From NCBI RefSeq assembly GCF_004010195.1, contig NC_057718.1, forward strand, positions 43,461,970 to 43,525,969: a DNA stretch of 64,000 bases, in the 5' to 3' direction. Positions 39,301-52,580 of this stretch are shown piece by piece. Below the pieces are notes generated by a model, which saw nothing but the letters and a program-made list of their open reading frames with translations, ran no database searches and had not been told where the DNA came from. The DNA is from Chiloscyllium plagiosum. Taxonomy: Eukaryota. The position numbers were made by a program, and so were the translations under genes. Positions within the stretch are counted from its first letter, which is position 1. Each line of letters starts with the position of its first letter.

Positions 39301-40383
39301 GGCCCTACTCTTTCCTTAATTTTCTTAATGTACTTGTTAAATGATTAGGATTTTCCTTTATTTCATATTTTCTAAAACTTTAAACTCTAGTCAGTGCTCT
39401 TTCACTTCAGAATGTAACATGGCTCAAACAATATTACTCAGGGAGACTCAGTTGTCTGCAATAGAGTTTTGAAAGCTTCACTGTTAATGTTTTAATATAA
39501 TTTATTCGGAATACTTTGAATTATGCAGTCTGCCACAAGGTCCAACAATCAGAAAATTCTGCTATTTGTTGATGCCCCATTCCTGGCTGTAAGAAAGCAG
39601 GGCTTTCTGTTAAAATGGACTAGTACACATGCATTGGCTTGGAAAATATTTACAATATATTTACAATTATGTTAACAAGGTAGGCTTGTGCTTCTTCTAT
39701 TGATTGTGAAAAGCACATCTTTCATTTGAACCTAAATTAGAACTGCCTTCATATTTTCCTGTTTTGCTTGTCATTCATTGGGCTTTCATCCATAAAGATG
39801 CAATTTTGTGGCACTGCTTGATTTGATTAGAGTGGATATCAAGGAAAACTAAAGCTCGTCTCCTCTGCCATCTTTTCAGCTGTACATGTGTGCCAGACAA
39901 CAATTACTTGAGAAGTTAATCAGCACTGGATTTTGAAGAAAGGAAGCAGTTTTTTGTATGCAGCTTGCAGCGCATAAAACACTTCTTAAACCCTCCAATA
40001 GAGTAAAAGTCTACATGTCTACCATGTCTAGTCAAAGAAATGAATAGAGGCTAAATGGGATGATGTGCTTCAGAATTCATTTGCATTTATTTGCTCATCT
40101 ATATTTCAGCTCCTTGACAGAGAGTTTAAAAAAATCCAGCCTGCTTTTGCTAAATGTTGCTGTGAATACACACTACAAACTGAAGGAGGGGGGAGGTGGT
40201 ATCTTATTTTAAAAGAAGCTTAAAAGCTGACTATCTACAAGTATTAATATTTTTGTGCAAAAAACTTCATGCATTTCTTCAAAGACTTCTTTAAATAAAT
40301 CCATATGTGTTTCACAAACATATATTAAAATGATAAAAGTATTCTTTTGATTTGATTTCCTTTAAAGTATCAGTTTTTATTTA

Positions 40384-40556
40384 CAGAGGAACCTCGATTA
40401 TCCGAAGGACACGGGCGGGAATATTTCTTTCGGTTAATTGAATGCTGGATAATCGAATGCTGGATAACATAGTTTAGCCAAGCATCAGGACCTTGCGATC
40501 TTGCCAGACAATCCAAAATTTGGATAATTGAATGCTGAATAATCGAGGTTCCTCTG
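40384..40556. mobile_element. Tc1/mariner-pogo/Tigger-like MITE, 173 bp
   Basis: Perfect 18-bp TIR cagaggaacctcgattat; TA on both sides (40382-83, 40557-58); internal gaatgctg(g/a)ataa repeats. Confidence 0.92.
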
Positions 40557-40559
40557 TAC

Positions 40560-41300
40560 AGGCATAGCTGGCAAGGCCAACAGTAATTGCACTGAGCAAA
40601 TGGTGATGGACTTGCTTTTGAACCCTGCAGTTCACATGATGAAGGTAGTCCCACAATGATTTTGACAATGGATTTCCAGCATTTTAACTCCTTTGGCTAA
40701 GGAGAAATAGTGATATATGTACCATATTATGTTGGGATAGTGCCTTTACTTCAAGGGGAACTTGAAAGTGATAATATTTTCAGAAATCTCCTTCCCCATG
40801 GTGGAGGTCACATGTTTGGGAGGTACAGCTGAAGAAACCTTAGTGATGGGATACAATACCTCCTTCCTGCTTTGTACGCTACAGTCATGAGTTGCCAATG
40901 ATGGAGGAAGTAGATATTGAAGATAAGGCACTGTTAAAGATTGCTTTGTCCTGGACGATGTTTAGATTTTTGAAACATTATTATAGCTTTATCTGTGCAG
41001 ACAAGAAGTCAATGTCCTGTTATTTTCTTGTTTGAGTCTTCCAAGTGGTGGAAGAGTTTTTGAAGGTTTTCATAATATGAGTTAAGTGCTTCAGATTAAC
41101 CTGCTCTGGATCTTCCCTAACAACCATTTCATTAATGTGACATACGCAGTCAGTTTTCCAAGCAATGGCAATCTTCCAGGTTGTTGATGCTAGGAAATTT
41201 GATGATAATGCCATTGAGTGCTGAGGAGAGGTTGTTAGGTTTTTTTCCATAATGAAGAGAGTCATTGGCTGGAATCTGTAGGTATTTTTGTTATTTGCTA
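40560..41300 (-). mobile_element. Old LINE fragment
   Basis: gacttgcttttgaaccctgcagttcacatgatgaaggtagtcccacaatg and related reverse-strand LINE text; ORFs broken. Confidence 0.55.
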
Positions 41301-41342
41301 CATATAAAAAATTGCTTCGTTTTCTGAAGAATTGTGAACAGA

Positions 41343-41682
41343 GTAGAGTTATAGAGCTGTACAGCATGGAAACAAACCCTTCGGTCCAACTTGTCCATGC
41401 TGACCAGATACCCAAGATAAAACTAGTCCCATTTGACAGCATTTGGTCCATATCCCTCTAAACCCTTCCTATTCATATACCCATCCAGATGCCTTTTAAA
41501 TGTTATAATTGTACCAGCCTCTACCACTTCCTCTGGCAGCTCATTCGGTGCACACACCACCCTCTGCACAAAAAAGTTGCCCCTTAGGTCCTTTTTAAAT
41601 CTTTCCCCTCTCACTTTAAACTTATGCACGCTAGTTTGGGACAGCCCCACCCTGGGAAAAAGACCTTGTCTATTTACCTATC
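41343..41682 (-). mobile_element. CR1 3' end
   Basis: HKFKVRGERFKKDLRGNFFVQRVV..NELPEEVVEAGTIITFKRHLD (ORF 41423..41650). Confidence 0.92.
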
Positions 41683-41699
41683 TATCTCTCTCTGCAATC

Positions 41700-41880
41700 T
41701 ATCTCCACTTATTGTTTGCTGACTCTCCCCCCCTTACCCTCTCTACAACACCAACTTTTATGAGCTACAGACAGTTCTAAAGAAGGGTCACTGGACCTGA
41801 AATGTTAACTCTGCTTTGTCTTCACAGATGCTGCCAGACTTGCTGAGCTTCTCCAGCAATTTCAGTTTTTATTTCTTTTT
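41700..41880 (+). mobile_element. Penelope-type terminal repeat remnant (related pieces near 725, 21535, 25000, 57665)
   Basis: aagaagggtcactggacctgaaatgttaactctg...cacagatgctgccagacttgctgagcttctccagca. Confidence 0.65.
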
Positions 41881-42864
41881 TTCTATCACATGGAAGATGA
41901 ACTAAACAAACATAGAAATAAAATGGATTGACATGAATCAAAGGGATGGTAGATGCTTGGAATTCCCTTCCATAAATGGTACTGGATTTTGGATGAGTTA
42001 TTAATTTAAATCTAAGAGAGATAATATTTTGTTAAACAAAGATAATAAAGGATTTGGGTCAAAGGCAGGTCATAGAGTCATAGAGTCATAGAGCATGGAA
42101 ACTCTTTGAAGTTAGGCAACAGATCAACCATTTGACTTCATTGAATGGTGGAACAGGCTCGAGAAGTTGAATAGACCATTCCTGTTTCGATGTTGCTAAT
42201 AAATTGTTTTATTTTACGGAGGTGGCATACAGAGAAATAGTTATGACCAGTTCACTTAATTCAATCAGTACAACTTACCTTCAGGATACAAACTAAGAGA
42301 ACATTACAATCACATTACAATCATCAGTGGACAAGTATATTTCTTGTATTATGATGGGGGAGCGATCATTGCTAAATCAACTGAAGATGGTGAACTCATG
42401 ACATTGTCCTGACCAACTCCTGCAGCAATGTCCTAGTGCTGAGATGAAGGCCTGCAATAACCTCAGGCATTTTCATTATGTAAAGTATAACTCCAGCCAT
42501 TGGCAGCAATTCTCATTGTCCCGATGCACTTTGTCTTTCCATTTTATTGGAAGTCCTCGGTGTCACCCTTGATCAAATTTTGCCTCGATGAGTAGGACAT
42601 TGCTCAGGATAATGACAATTCATAACTTGTGCGTTCAAAAATGTAACAATAACCAAAAGGCATTATGTATCATGATTGAGCACAATTTTAAAAACGTCAG
42701 ATGTAGTTATGAAATGTAGTGTACATCAATCATGTTATGTCCAAAAGCACTTTTACATTTCCAGTGTTATGAGCAGATCCTTGGTTTGTTTCCCCAATTT
42801 GTTATGTTCCAAATGAGATATCCCAAACTGTGAAGCCCCGGAGTGAGGCAGGATAAACTATGAA

Positions 42865-44140
42865 TATGAACAAGGAACACAAGTCGGCCACTCAGCCCTT
42901 TGAGCTTGCTCTGCTAATCAATAAGTTCACAGCTGATCTGATTTTAACATCAAACCTATATACCTGCATCCCCTTCATAATCTTTCATCCCCTTGGTAAT
43001 TGAGAATATATCGACCTTCCTTTAAATTATTTAAATATTCTGTATCCATTGCCTTTGGATGAAAGGAATTCCAAAGAACACAATGCTCTGAGAGAGATTT
43101 TTTCCTCATCTCTGTCTTGAGTGGGTGATACTTTATTTTTAAATCATGAACCCCAGTTCTAAATTCTCCCACAAGAGGAAACATTCTTTCCACATTCACC
43201 TGGTCAAGCCCCCTCAGGATCTTACATTTTTCAATTGATTCACCTTTGACTCTTCTAAATTCCATAGGATGCAGGTCTAGCCTGTCTATGCTTTCCTCAC
43301 AAAGCAATCCATTCATTCCAGGTGTTGGTCTAGTCTGAACTGCTTATAATGTATTACCATCCTTTCATAAACATGGTGACCAGTACTTGCATAATTTTCT
43401 GAATGCGGTCTCACTAAGGGCTTGTTTATCTGAAGCTCTCAGTTTTTCATTCTTTATAAAACATTATTTCATAGTTTACCTGATTTCTAACTGTACCTGC
43501 ATATTGATTTTCTGTGATACATCCAGTAGAACACCCAGATCTCTCTGCATTTGAGAGCTCTGCAATCTCTCACCCTTTTAAATAAAAGACTTCTTTTTCA
43601 TTATTTCTGCCAAAATGGACAATTTCACACTTTCCGCATTATACTGCATTTGCCAGATCATTGCTGCTCACTTATCCACATTTATCTATATCCCTGCTGC
43701 TCACTTATCCACATTTATCTATATCCCTTTGTAGGTTCCTTATGTTTTTTTCACAACTGACTTTTCTACCTATCTTCTCATTATCTCTCACCTCTCACCT
43801 TAAAAATGTGTCTTGAAATCCCCCACCCCAGGGAAAAGATGACTACAATTAACCTTATCTATATTCCTCATTATTTTATAAACTTCTAAAAGGTCACCTT
43901 TCAACTTCCTACTTCCAGTGAAAAAGTCCCAGACTACCCGACCTTCCTTTATAACTCAAATCTTCCATACCTGGCAACATCCTGGTAAATCTCTCCAGTT
44001 TAATAACATCCTTCCTATAACTGGACAACAAGAACTGGACACAGTATTCCAGAAGACGCCTCATCAATGTCCTGTAAAACCTCAACATGACTTCTGAATT
44101 CCCATTCTCAAAGGACTAAACAATGAAGTCAAGCATGCTA
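42865..44140 (-). mobile_element. Two adjacent CR1 3' fragments
   Basis: MEFRRVKG..IE..KILRGLD.VNVERMFPLVGEFRT (ORF 42975..43316); second fragment ~43790-44140. Confidence 0.85.
43662..43727. repeat. Perfect 33-bp tandem duplication
   Basis: tgctgctcacttatccacatttatctatatccc x2. Confidence 0.95.
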
Positions 44141-44141
44141 T

Positions 44142-44167
44142 ATCAAATCAAATCAAATCAAATCAAA
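44142..44167. repeat. (ATCAA)n microsatellite
   Basis: Five copies seen directly. Confidence 0.9.
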
Positions 44168-45195
44168 CAAGGTGCTGTACAGGAGGTTGTTAAATTATAT
44201 AATGGACCACAGAGTTAGGGCATGATACTAGCTTGGATAGAGGATTGGCTGACTGGTAGAATGTAGAGTGTAGGGATAAGGGGTCTTTTTTCAAGATGGT
44301 AGCCAATGACAAGTAGAGTTCTGCAGCGGTCAATGTTAGGACCACAACTATTCATGTTCGCTATTAAAAATCTGGATGAAGGAATTATGGACATTGGTGC
44401 TAATTTTGCAAATGATACAAAGATACGTAGAGGGACAGGTAGCATCGAGAAAGCAGGAAGGCTGCAGAAGAACTTGGACAAGTGAGAAAAGAAGTGACAG
44501 TGGGAACACTATGTGGGAAAGTGTGAGATTATGCACTTTGGCTGTAAGATTGGTTCAGGAAAGGCATCAGAAACCTGAAGCACAAAGAGACTTAGGAGCT
44601 CTAGTTCAGGATTCTCTTAAGGTTAACATGCAGGCTCAGTTGGCAGTTAGGAAGGCAAATACAATGTTAATATTCATTTCTAGAATACAAGTACAGAGAT
44701 GTATTGCTGAGCTGTATAAGGCTCTGGTCAGATCTCATTTGGAAAATTGTGAGCACATATCTAAGGAAGGATGTGCTGGCCTTGGAGGGGTTCCAGACAA
44801 GGTTTACAAGAATGATTCTGTGGATGATGGGCTTTTCATATGAAGAGCTGTTGAGGACTCTGAGTCAGTACTCTTTGGAGTTTAGAAGGGTGAAGTAAGA
44901 TCTCATTGAAACTTATAGCATACTGAGAAGCCTGAATAGTGTGGATGTGGAGAAGATGTTGTCACTTGTAGGAGAGACTACGTAGTCTCAGAGTAAAGGG
45001 ATGACTTTTTAGAACTGAGATGAGGAGAATTTCTTCAGCCAGAGGGTGGTGAATCTTTGGGACTCATTGCCTCAGAAGGCTGTGGAGGCCAAGTCATTGA
45101 GTATATATAAGATAGAGATAGGTTCTAGATTAGTAAGGGGATCAAGGATTACAGGAGAAGGCAAGAAAAAGGGAACATTGAGAAACGTATCAGCT
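44168..45195 (+). mobile_element. CR1 RT and 3' fragment
   Basis: FANDTK, QRDLGALVQDSLKV, LYKALVRSHLE, YSLEFRR, RVVNLWDSLPQKAVEA. Confidence 0.9.
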
Positions 45196-45896
45196 TATCC
45201 CATTATTTATTCCTTGATACACTATTCTACATATGGTTACTCTTCAGGTACCAGAACACAACTCTCACAAGTGATGTCCTGCCTTGTCTCTCGCCCATCT
45301 ATATCTTTATTCACCCACAACTCAAAGGTTGCAACAAGGTTAATTTGAAAAGAACCCCTTCCCTAGTGGATAATCTTTCTCCTAAATCCAGTGAATTTAT
45401 GCATTAAAAATGAGCCAATTTAACTAGGCTTTGTTGAATTAACAAAAATAATAAGTTTATTAATTTCTACATGCTAGAACAAATACACAACACACACACA
45501 TACAGGTTAGAAATAAGAGGTGAATCTAAAAAAAAAACAAAAGTTACATGGACCACTCTGATTTGTTTGTGAAGAGTGAATAACTGAATGTTGTAGCCAT
45601 TGCCAGGGAGGGTTTTGGTAGTGTTAATGTCTGTAGTTGAATGGTCAGTTTCACAATTTTTAATTTTGTAGACTGAATTCTCTTTGTCCTGATCCCTTTA
45701 TTAACTGATCTGTAACATTTGGAATGAGGCAGGGTCTCTTGTTTGGCTGTTAGCTATCTGCCTTCCAGCACTTGGAGTGAGAGAACCTTAAATGATATAA
45801 TTATTGTATGGAGTTCACATGGGAAAGTTTTATCTTGCATCGGTTATAAACTATTTGTAGTTGTGAGAAATCATAGTCGAGTCTGATGTTTCCTTG

Positions 45897-46091
45897 ACAC
45901 TTTGTGTGTTACATTTCATTGCTCTTTCACTCTCTCTCTTCAGCCTGATACCCTGTGAAAAAGAATCCTGACACTCTATCCATTGAGTTCAAATTAACCT
46001 TCCTTTGCTCCAATAACGTTAACAGACTAAAGTGTCTCCCTGTCCACTTTGTGTGTTTCATTTCATTGCTCTCTCTTTCTCTTCAGCCTGA
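45897..46091. repeat. ~50-bp imperfect direct repeat pair
   Basis: cactttgtgtgtt(a/t)catttcattgctct...ctcttcagcctga at ~45898 and ~46045. Confidence 0.8.
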
Positions 46092-48481
46092 AATTTACTT
46101 TATACCAGTCATTTTTCTTCGCATTATGTCTCTTCTAAAGAAAGACACAGGGTTTTGACTCTGATCATGACAGCAGCCAATAATGCACTCAACTTGAATC
46201 ATCCAGATTGACTGGTAGGGTGCAACATGAAGGCATAGCCCCATGTTCACTGCTGACTACTTCTCCACATTATTAATCTCACCACATTTGTCTGGAGACT
46301 GAAAGAAGTTTTGAAAAAAATTACATTTGTGAAACATTTTATTTTCATTAATCAATGTTTTACGTAACAGAAAAAATGGTTGCATAAAGTACTCTCCTTT
46401 TTTAATTTTCTTCCTCATTTAAATGGTCATTTTGTTTTTCCTCGATAGTTTGTACTTATTACAATCTTTGCATTTTTGCAAAGTTTTTGCCTGCACATCT
46501 TTTAGAAGGAGTTGTAGTAGGTGTCAGAACATTCTGAAACACGGTCATTTTTCATTCTGTGGATTCTAACGTAATTGACACATTATAGATGAAGAACATG
46601 GTAATGAGGTAAATAAATAGACGGAAACCATTGCCAGCAGTGCCACATGTGACAAGATTTTTATGATATTCACATGGGATTGTTTTATCTTGCATCAGTT
46701 ATAAACTATTGGTATCTCTCTCTATAATATTAAACAAGTATTAGGATTGCACAAAATAGACTATTCTGCTCTTAATGAATTAAGTGATTATTTAAGAGTA
46801 ATATGTGGGAAAGTCCAGCATCTCTGTGAATGAGGTGTAAATGGTAAAATCTGAAAAGTATATGTCAGAGATAGTGAAGGAAGGAAGGGAGTGGAAGGAA
46901 GGAGGGACATTTTGTAATTGCAAGCATGAAAAGAAGGCAGCAGGAAATGGAGGAGGTAAATAAAGAGTAACCAAGTGTAAGCAGATCATGTCTCAGTGTC
47001 TGCTGCTGGGTGTGGGAAGAGTTCGGGTGTGGACTGGGAAGCACTTCAGCTGTCTGTTAATGTTGTTGGAGCAAGGGAGGGTTTAATTTGAGCTCAATGG
47101 ATACAAAGTCAGGATTCTTATTCACTGTGGGACTAGACACAGATGTAGACTCTGAGCTGGCTGAAGACATGAAGTTTTAAAAAGATCAAAGAAATTCTAA
47201 ATGGAGACCATCGTGACATGAATAGAAAATGATAGGACGGTTAGTGCAAGATGACCTTCGAGATGATTATGTCAGCCAGAAGGGGGAGCCTAGCAACAAC
47301 TCTCTTGCTACAGGGTGAATAATGTGGGATAGACGAATGGAAATGTATTGATAGGAAGGAATGGCTGACAGACTGGATCTGTCCTGAAAAGGTAGATCGT
47401 ACAAATCTGTATGTGGACTGGAGAGAGAGAGAAAACTAAGCTTTGAATTATGTGTTTACTTCTTTGAAGTGCTGTACCATTCTCTTTTTTGAAGCCATTT
47501 GATTAGGTCATCAACCCTCCATCACTTTTCAGGTTTAGACAGAACTACTGTCAATTGAGCTTTATAACAACGGGGAATGATGGCTTGTTGCAACCAGAAT
47601 GCAACCAGTGGTGTGAAAAGAATTTGAGGGCAACCACAACATCTTACTAGGCAAAAGTTGGGGTTATGCTATCACCTCTGAGTTAGAGGGATGGTGGCGG
47701 GGTGCAGTCAGCTCTAAAGCACTTGGTTTTGCAAGAACTTGCTCACGGTGGACTAGGGGACTATGGATGAGATGGGGTGAGGTAACAGAGAAGACAAAAC
47801 CTTTCCTGTCAGGGATTGGGGAGGCAAGTCAATAACTAGTTTAAGAGATGTAGAAAAGGGGGCAATAAATAGACTCTGTTGGAAAGTCAACCATGTACTG
47901 ATTTGGAATTCATTACTTCTCATTGGCCTGGGGTATACATTCTATGGTGAAGCAAGGGTGTTTGCTTCTAGTCTTGATGTAAGTTTCTTAAGTTCTTGCT
48001 AGTGAGAATTTCACTTCTGGCAGAGTGTAGTACTGCATTCATTGGAGGTTTTCTCTGCTGGAGAATTCCCAGTATGCTGTCCCAGTGATGCCCTCATGTA
48101 GCCAATCATGTCCAAGCAGCCAATCACATTAACAGATTTTAAAAAAGCAGTCAAAAAGAAAGCAAAATGCAACAAAACAAAATCACTTCCCCTCCATCCC
48201 CACCAGCTCTGAGCCCCTGTTATAGGCTGCACTGGTTTAAGAAGTGAGGGCAGCAACCTCTCAAGGATAGTTAGAGATGGACAAAAAGTGATGGCGTATT
48301 GAGTAATAGCTACACTTCATGAATGAGTAAAAAACACTTTGAAGTGTTTATGTAGGACAAATGAAGGTTAACGGCATAGCCATGGAGTGAAGATACAAGC
48401 TAAAATATTGTCAACTTTCTATTAAAAATAGCTTAAATTAGCTACGAATTATTAATTTAACATTATTCCACAGTTATGTTA

Positions 48482-48800
48482 GGGGAGGTGATAGCCTAGT
48501 GGCATTATCACTGGACTGTAAATCCAGAGACCCAAGTCATGTTCTGGGCACCCAAGTTTGAATCCTTGCATTGGCAGATGGTGGATTTGAATTAAATCAA
48601 AAAATTCTGAAACTAAGAGTCTAGTGACTCTGAATTGTTGATTGTCTAAAAATAAATCTGGTTTGCTAAAGTCCTTTAGGGAAGGAGACTGTATTCCTTA
48701 CCTGGTCTGGCCTACAGGTGACTCCAGACCCACAACAAACTATCCTCCAGGCAATAAATGCTAGGCTAGCCAGCGATGCCCTCATCCTGTGAGCAAATAA
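48482..48800 (+). mobile_element. tRNA-derived SINE
   Basis: ggaggtgatagcctagtggcattatcactggactg...gtttgaatcc...tagggaaggagactg..cttacctggtctggcctac. Confidence 0.85.
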
Positions 48801-48807
48801 AAAAAAA

Positions 48808-49755
48808 TTCCTAGACGTGATGGTAAAGAGAACACCGAACGGAGAATTCACCGCAAAGGTATATAGGAAAGCCACACACACAGACCAAGTCCTGAACTAC
48901 GAAAGCAACCACCCCAACACACACAAAAGAAGTTGCATCAAGACACTGTTCGAAAGGGCCACAGCACACTGCAGCACACCTGAACTGCAAAAAGAGGAAG
49001 AAGAACACCTATACAATGTATTCGCCAAAAACAGATATCCCCGCAATTTCATCAACAGATGCCTAAGGGAAAGACAATGGAATGAGGACATGCCACAACC
49101 CAAAGAACTAGCCATGTTACCATACATCAAGAACATTTCTGAACTGACAGCAGACTACTACGACCACTAGGACTCATAACAGCACACAAACCAGCTACCA
49201 CTCTCAGACAACAACTCACCAGGACAAAGGACCCGATACCCAGCATGAGCAAAACCAACGTAGTGTACAAACTCCCATGCAAGGACTGCACAAAACACTA
49301 AATAGGACAAACAGGAAGACAGCTAATGATCCGTATCCATGAACACCAACTAGCCACGAAACGACACGACCAGCTATCCTTAATAGTCACACATATAGAC
49401 AAGCAACATGAGTTCGACTGGGAAAACACTACTATTATAGGACAAGCCAAACAGAGAACAGCCAGGGAATTCCTAGAGGCATGGCACTCATCCACAGATT
49501 CTATCAACAAACACAACGACCTGGACCCAATATACTGGCCACTGCAGCAGACAGCTGGAACTGACAACCGGAAGCGGCAGAGACAAACCACTATAAATGC
49601 CAGAGGAAACAACACAGAAGCGCTTCACAGGAGGGTCCCAAGCACTGAGGATGTCACCTAGATAGGGGACGAAACGTCTGCAACACAAATTCCTAGCTCG
49701 GCGAACAGAACCACAACAACGAACACCCGAGCTATAAATCTTCTCACAAACTTTG
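48808..49755 (+). mobile_element. 5'-truncated Penelope-like element: RT C-terminus, GIY-YIG endonuclease, terminal repeat
   Basis: FLDV...VYRKATHTDQVLNYESNHPNTHKRSCIKTLF; NVVYKLPCKDC.KH*IGQTGRQL.IRIHEH; REFLEAWHS. Confidence 0.95.
49642..49681 (+). ncRNA. Minimal type I hammerhead ribozyme motif
   Basis: GCA-CUGAGGA-(stem II GUCaCCUA/UAGGgGAC)-GAAAC-GUC-UGC; intact core, stem I GCA/UGC, palindromic ACGU stem III. Confidence 0.8.
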
Positions 49756-49856
49756 AATAAAAAACTTTTTTTCAGAGTAAGTTGTACTGTTGATCAAATT
49801 CTGTGAATTGTGTGACCATTGTAAACCAATGTACAGCATTTCATGGGATATCTAAT

Positions 49857-50152
49857 ATGGTGGCACAGTGGCTAGCACTGCTGCCTCACAGCACCAAGGA
49901 TCCGGGTTCAATTCCAGCCTTGGGCAATTGTCTGTATGGAGTTTGCATGTTATCCCCATGTCTGCATGGGTTTCTTCTGAGTGCTTTGGTTTCTTCTCCA
50001 AGTAGAAAGGTGTGCAGGTCAGGTGGATTGGCCATGCTAAATTGTCCATAGTTTTAGATGCATTAGTCAGAGGGAGTTGGGTCTAGATGGGTTGCTCTTT
50101 GGAGGATTGATGTGGACTTGTTGGGCTGAAGGGCCACACTGTAGGAAATCTA
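49857..50152 (+). mobile_element. HE1/V-SINE-like SINE
   Basis: A box tggcacagtgg, B box ggttcaattcc, V-domain-like ggagtttgcatgttatccccatgtctgcatgggtttc, CR1-like tail. Confidence 0.9.
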
Positions 50153-51160
50153 ATCAGGATATGGGAGAAAGACCTTGGGAAGTTGTTGCTGATTTCATGA
50201 TTACTATCTTAATTAGTGATTGGACTGGTGTGAGGGGAAATGTAGAGCCATGCCCTGTGCTGATAGACTGTAATGTCAAGTTCTCCCTGCCAGCCTGTAC
50301 ATGTCCAATTTATGTAAAGGCACAGTCAGTTTTGGGGTGAACATGATAGTAACCACAAAATTTAACATATTGATTTCTCTATCTGCAGCCATCCTTAAGT
50401 TTTGTTCATGTAACTTCTCTAGAATGCTTATATTCACTTGCATTAAGATATTAAGAATTACGTTGCAGCTTTTTTTTTAAAACTTGTTTTCTGTCCTGTC
50501 AATATCACTATTTAGTTTGAGGATTCAGTCAAAGTACTGATCAGGCTGTCACATGATATTAAATTACCTTTGGAATTCCAAGACCATTTGCTGTTTTATT
50601 TATGCATATGTCTGCTGCTGTATCTCCATAATGGTATCAGTCTGTCAATCTGGCTTCGTTTTTTCGAACTCTTTTTGACGCTTCCTGAAAAGCCATGTTC
50701 AGAATCTTCCTTAATATCCAGGAACAACTAAATATCGTTGCTGTAATTTGTGATCAAATATGTTATTATAAATCATAATTTATGGGGGTACATAATAATT
50801 ACCTCTGCTACATTGTTATTCTTTCACTACTTATTAAATAGCTACTTTGATGTAGAATGCTCTCTAATAAGAATGAAAAAAAAAATTGCTTTCAATCTAA
50901 GATCACAAATGATATAATTATTATGGAAAATGTGGAATGAACATTATGACTTGAGAAAAGGAGTTAGCATTCATTGATGTCCATGTATTTTTAAAGTTCT
51001 ATTTGTACAGTATTGAAAGTAGATTTAACTTCAATAGCATTGACTAATTTTTTGAAATTTACATATATGCATATATAATTTGAGAGGGATTTGACATGTT
51101 TCCTGTGTCACCTGTATATGACTGCAGTAATGTGACAACAAATCAATGTTTCTACTCAAG

Positions 51161-51193
51161 TAAAAACATTATTTCCGGACTTGATTGATACAG
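51161..51193 (+). CDS. Candidate 33-nt exon (xKTLFPDLIDTx)
   Basis: tttctactcaag acceptor, CAG|gtatct donor; phase 1 end is compatible with 51317. Confidence 0.25.
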
Positions 51194-51316
51194 GTATCTA
51201 ATACAGAACGAAATCAGATAGAAGTACACATAAGTGAAGGTCAATTAGAAATAATGTTTCTTTTAAATATGAGTGGAAGATTGATTGATTCTGTCTATTG
51301 ATTTGTTTTATTTAAG

Positions 51317-51422
51317 ACACAGAACTCTCGAATCAGTTTCTTCATAAATGGCTTGGAGGAAGTTTCCATTTACCTCTTCTCATTGAACAAATTGCAGATG
51401 CAACCACCAATGTTGTTATCAG
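51317..51422 (+). CDS. Candidate 106-nt exon (xTELSNQFLHKWLGGSFHLPLLIEQIADATTNVVIx)
   Basis: T-rich acceptor gatttgttttatttaag, donor AG|gttggg, open protein-like frame in unique AT-rich DNA; gene not recognised. Confidence 0.4.
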
Positions 51423-52201
51423 GTTGGGCTGAGTCGAAATGGTAAAAGTATAACAAGCTTTAAAAACTGCAAGTTAATCATACAGTCCCAGTAGACAATA
51501 CTGCTATTAAATCTGTTTACATTAATTAGCAGCAGATTTACAAACATTGTGGTCTGATCCAGAGGCGCAGATAGAAATCGTGAGCCCCCTTACTACTCCT
51601 AGCCCAGAGCCCCGGCTGTACTCAGGCTCTTGGCCCCCAGCCAAAGTGCAGTGGCCCCACCACCTAGAACCCTGGTCATTGGGCGCTGTTGTTAGTCCCT
51701 GTACTAGGCCCTGGTTGGATCCATGCCTTGTGTTACTGTGTGAATTCTTCTTAGTTGTAGTCAAAAAGGAGCTAGCAGTAGAGTCACGTTCCTTGCACTA
51801 CTTAACCCTATTCAAACTACTTACAAATAGTTTATGTTTAAAATGCTTTTCATTGAGAATGTTTTGCTCTAATAATGCACTTTAGAAAGTAATGGAAGTT
51901 GTGAAAGAGGTTTGGTTGAATTGGGTGCTTGAGATGTGTAAAGCATATTGATTTTTTTTTCAACTCTGACAACTGGCTTTGAATTGATTTGTGGAGTTCA
52001 GTTATTTTCAGATATTTTCAAATAAATGGACATGAGTTAATTAGGATTTTGCAACAAAATTGTTATTTATAAACTTACTCTTTAACTGGTTACTTAAATA
52101 CAATGTTAATGGAAGAGTAAATATTATGCTCACAAGTGGTACCACAAACGATTCTAGTAGTCAGACTGGACCAACACTTATGGGACAAGCACTACGTGTC
52201 A

Positions 52202-52580
52202 TGTTAAAGGTAATAGTCTCAGAATGACCTGTTCTACGACCTGTGGTACGATCTTATACTCCACAACCACCGGATGAAGGAGCATCCGATTATCCGAAAG
52301 CTAGTGCATGCAAATAAAACTGTTAGACTGGTGTTGTGTGCTTTCTAACTCTGCCCATTAGGGATTGATTAACTCTGGGTTTGTTTATTTAAAATAGTAA
52401 TTTATTAAAACAGTAAAACAAGTTACGAAGCAAACATTATAGTCACCCAAATGATTTCTGTATATTTAGCTTGCAGGTTCAAATCAGACTTACTGCCAGG
52501 CAAACTTGCAACATTGTTTACACTCAGCACATGGAGTCCCTAAAGATGGACTCTTTTAAAGACAATGTACACATACAACA
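52202..52580 (-). mobile_element. 3' LTR of Gypsy element 2, with a mini-element inserted at ~52220-52350
   Basis: Follows the PPT (ttcccctcctctcc on +, 52581-52594) and starts TGTTG on minus; shares taatttatt..aaaaca.taaaaca, caagtta.gaagcaa, agcttgcag, gcacatg and terminal acaaca with 55066-55273. Confidence 0.75.
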
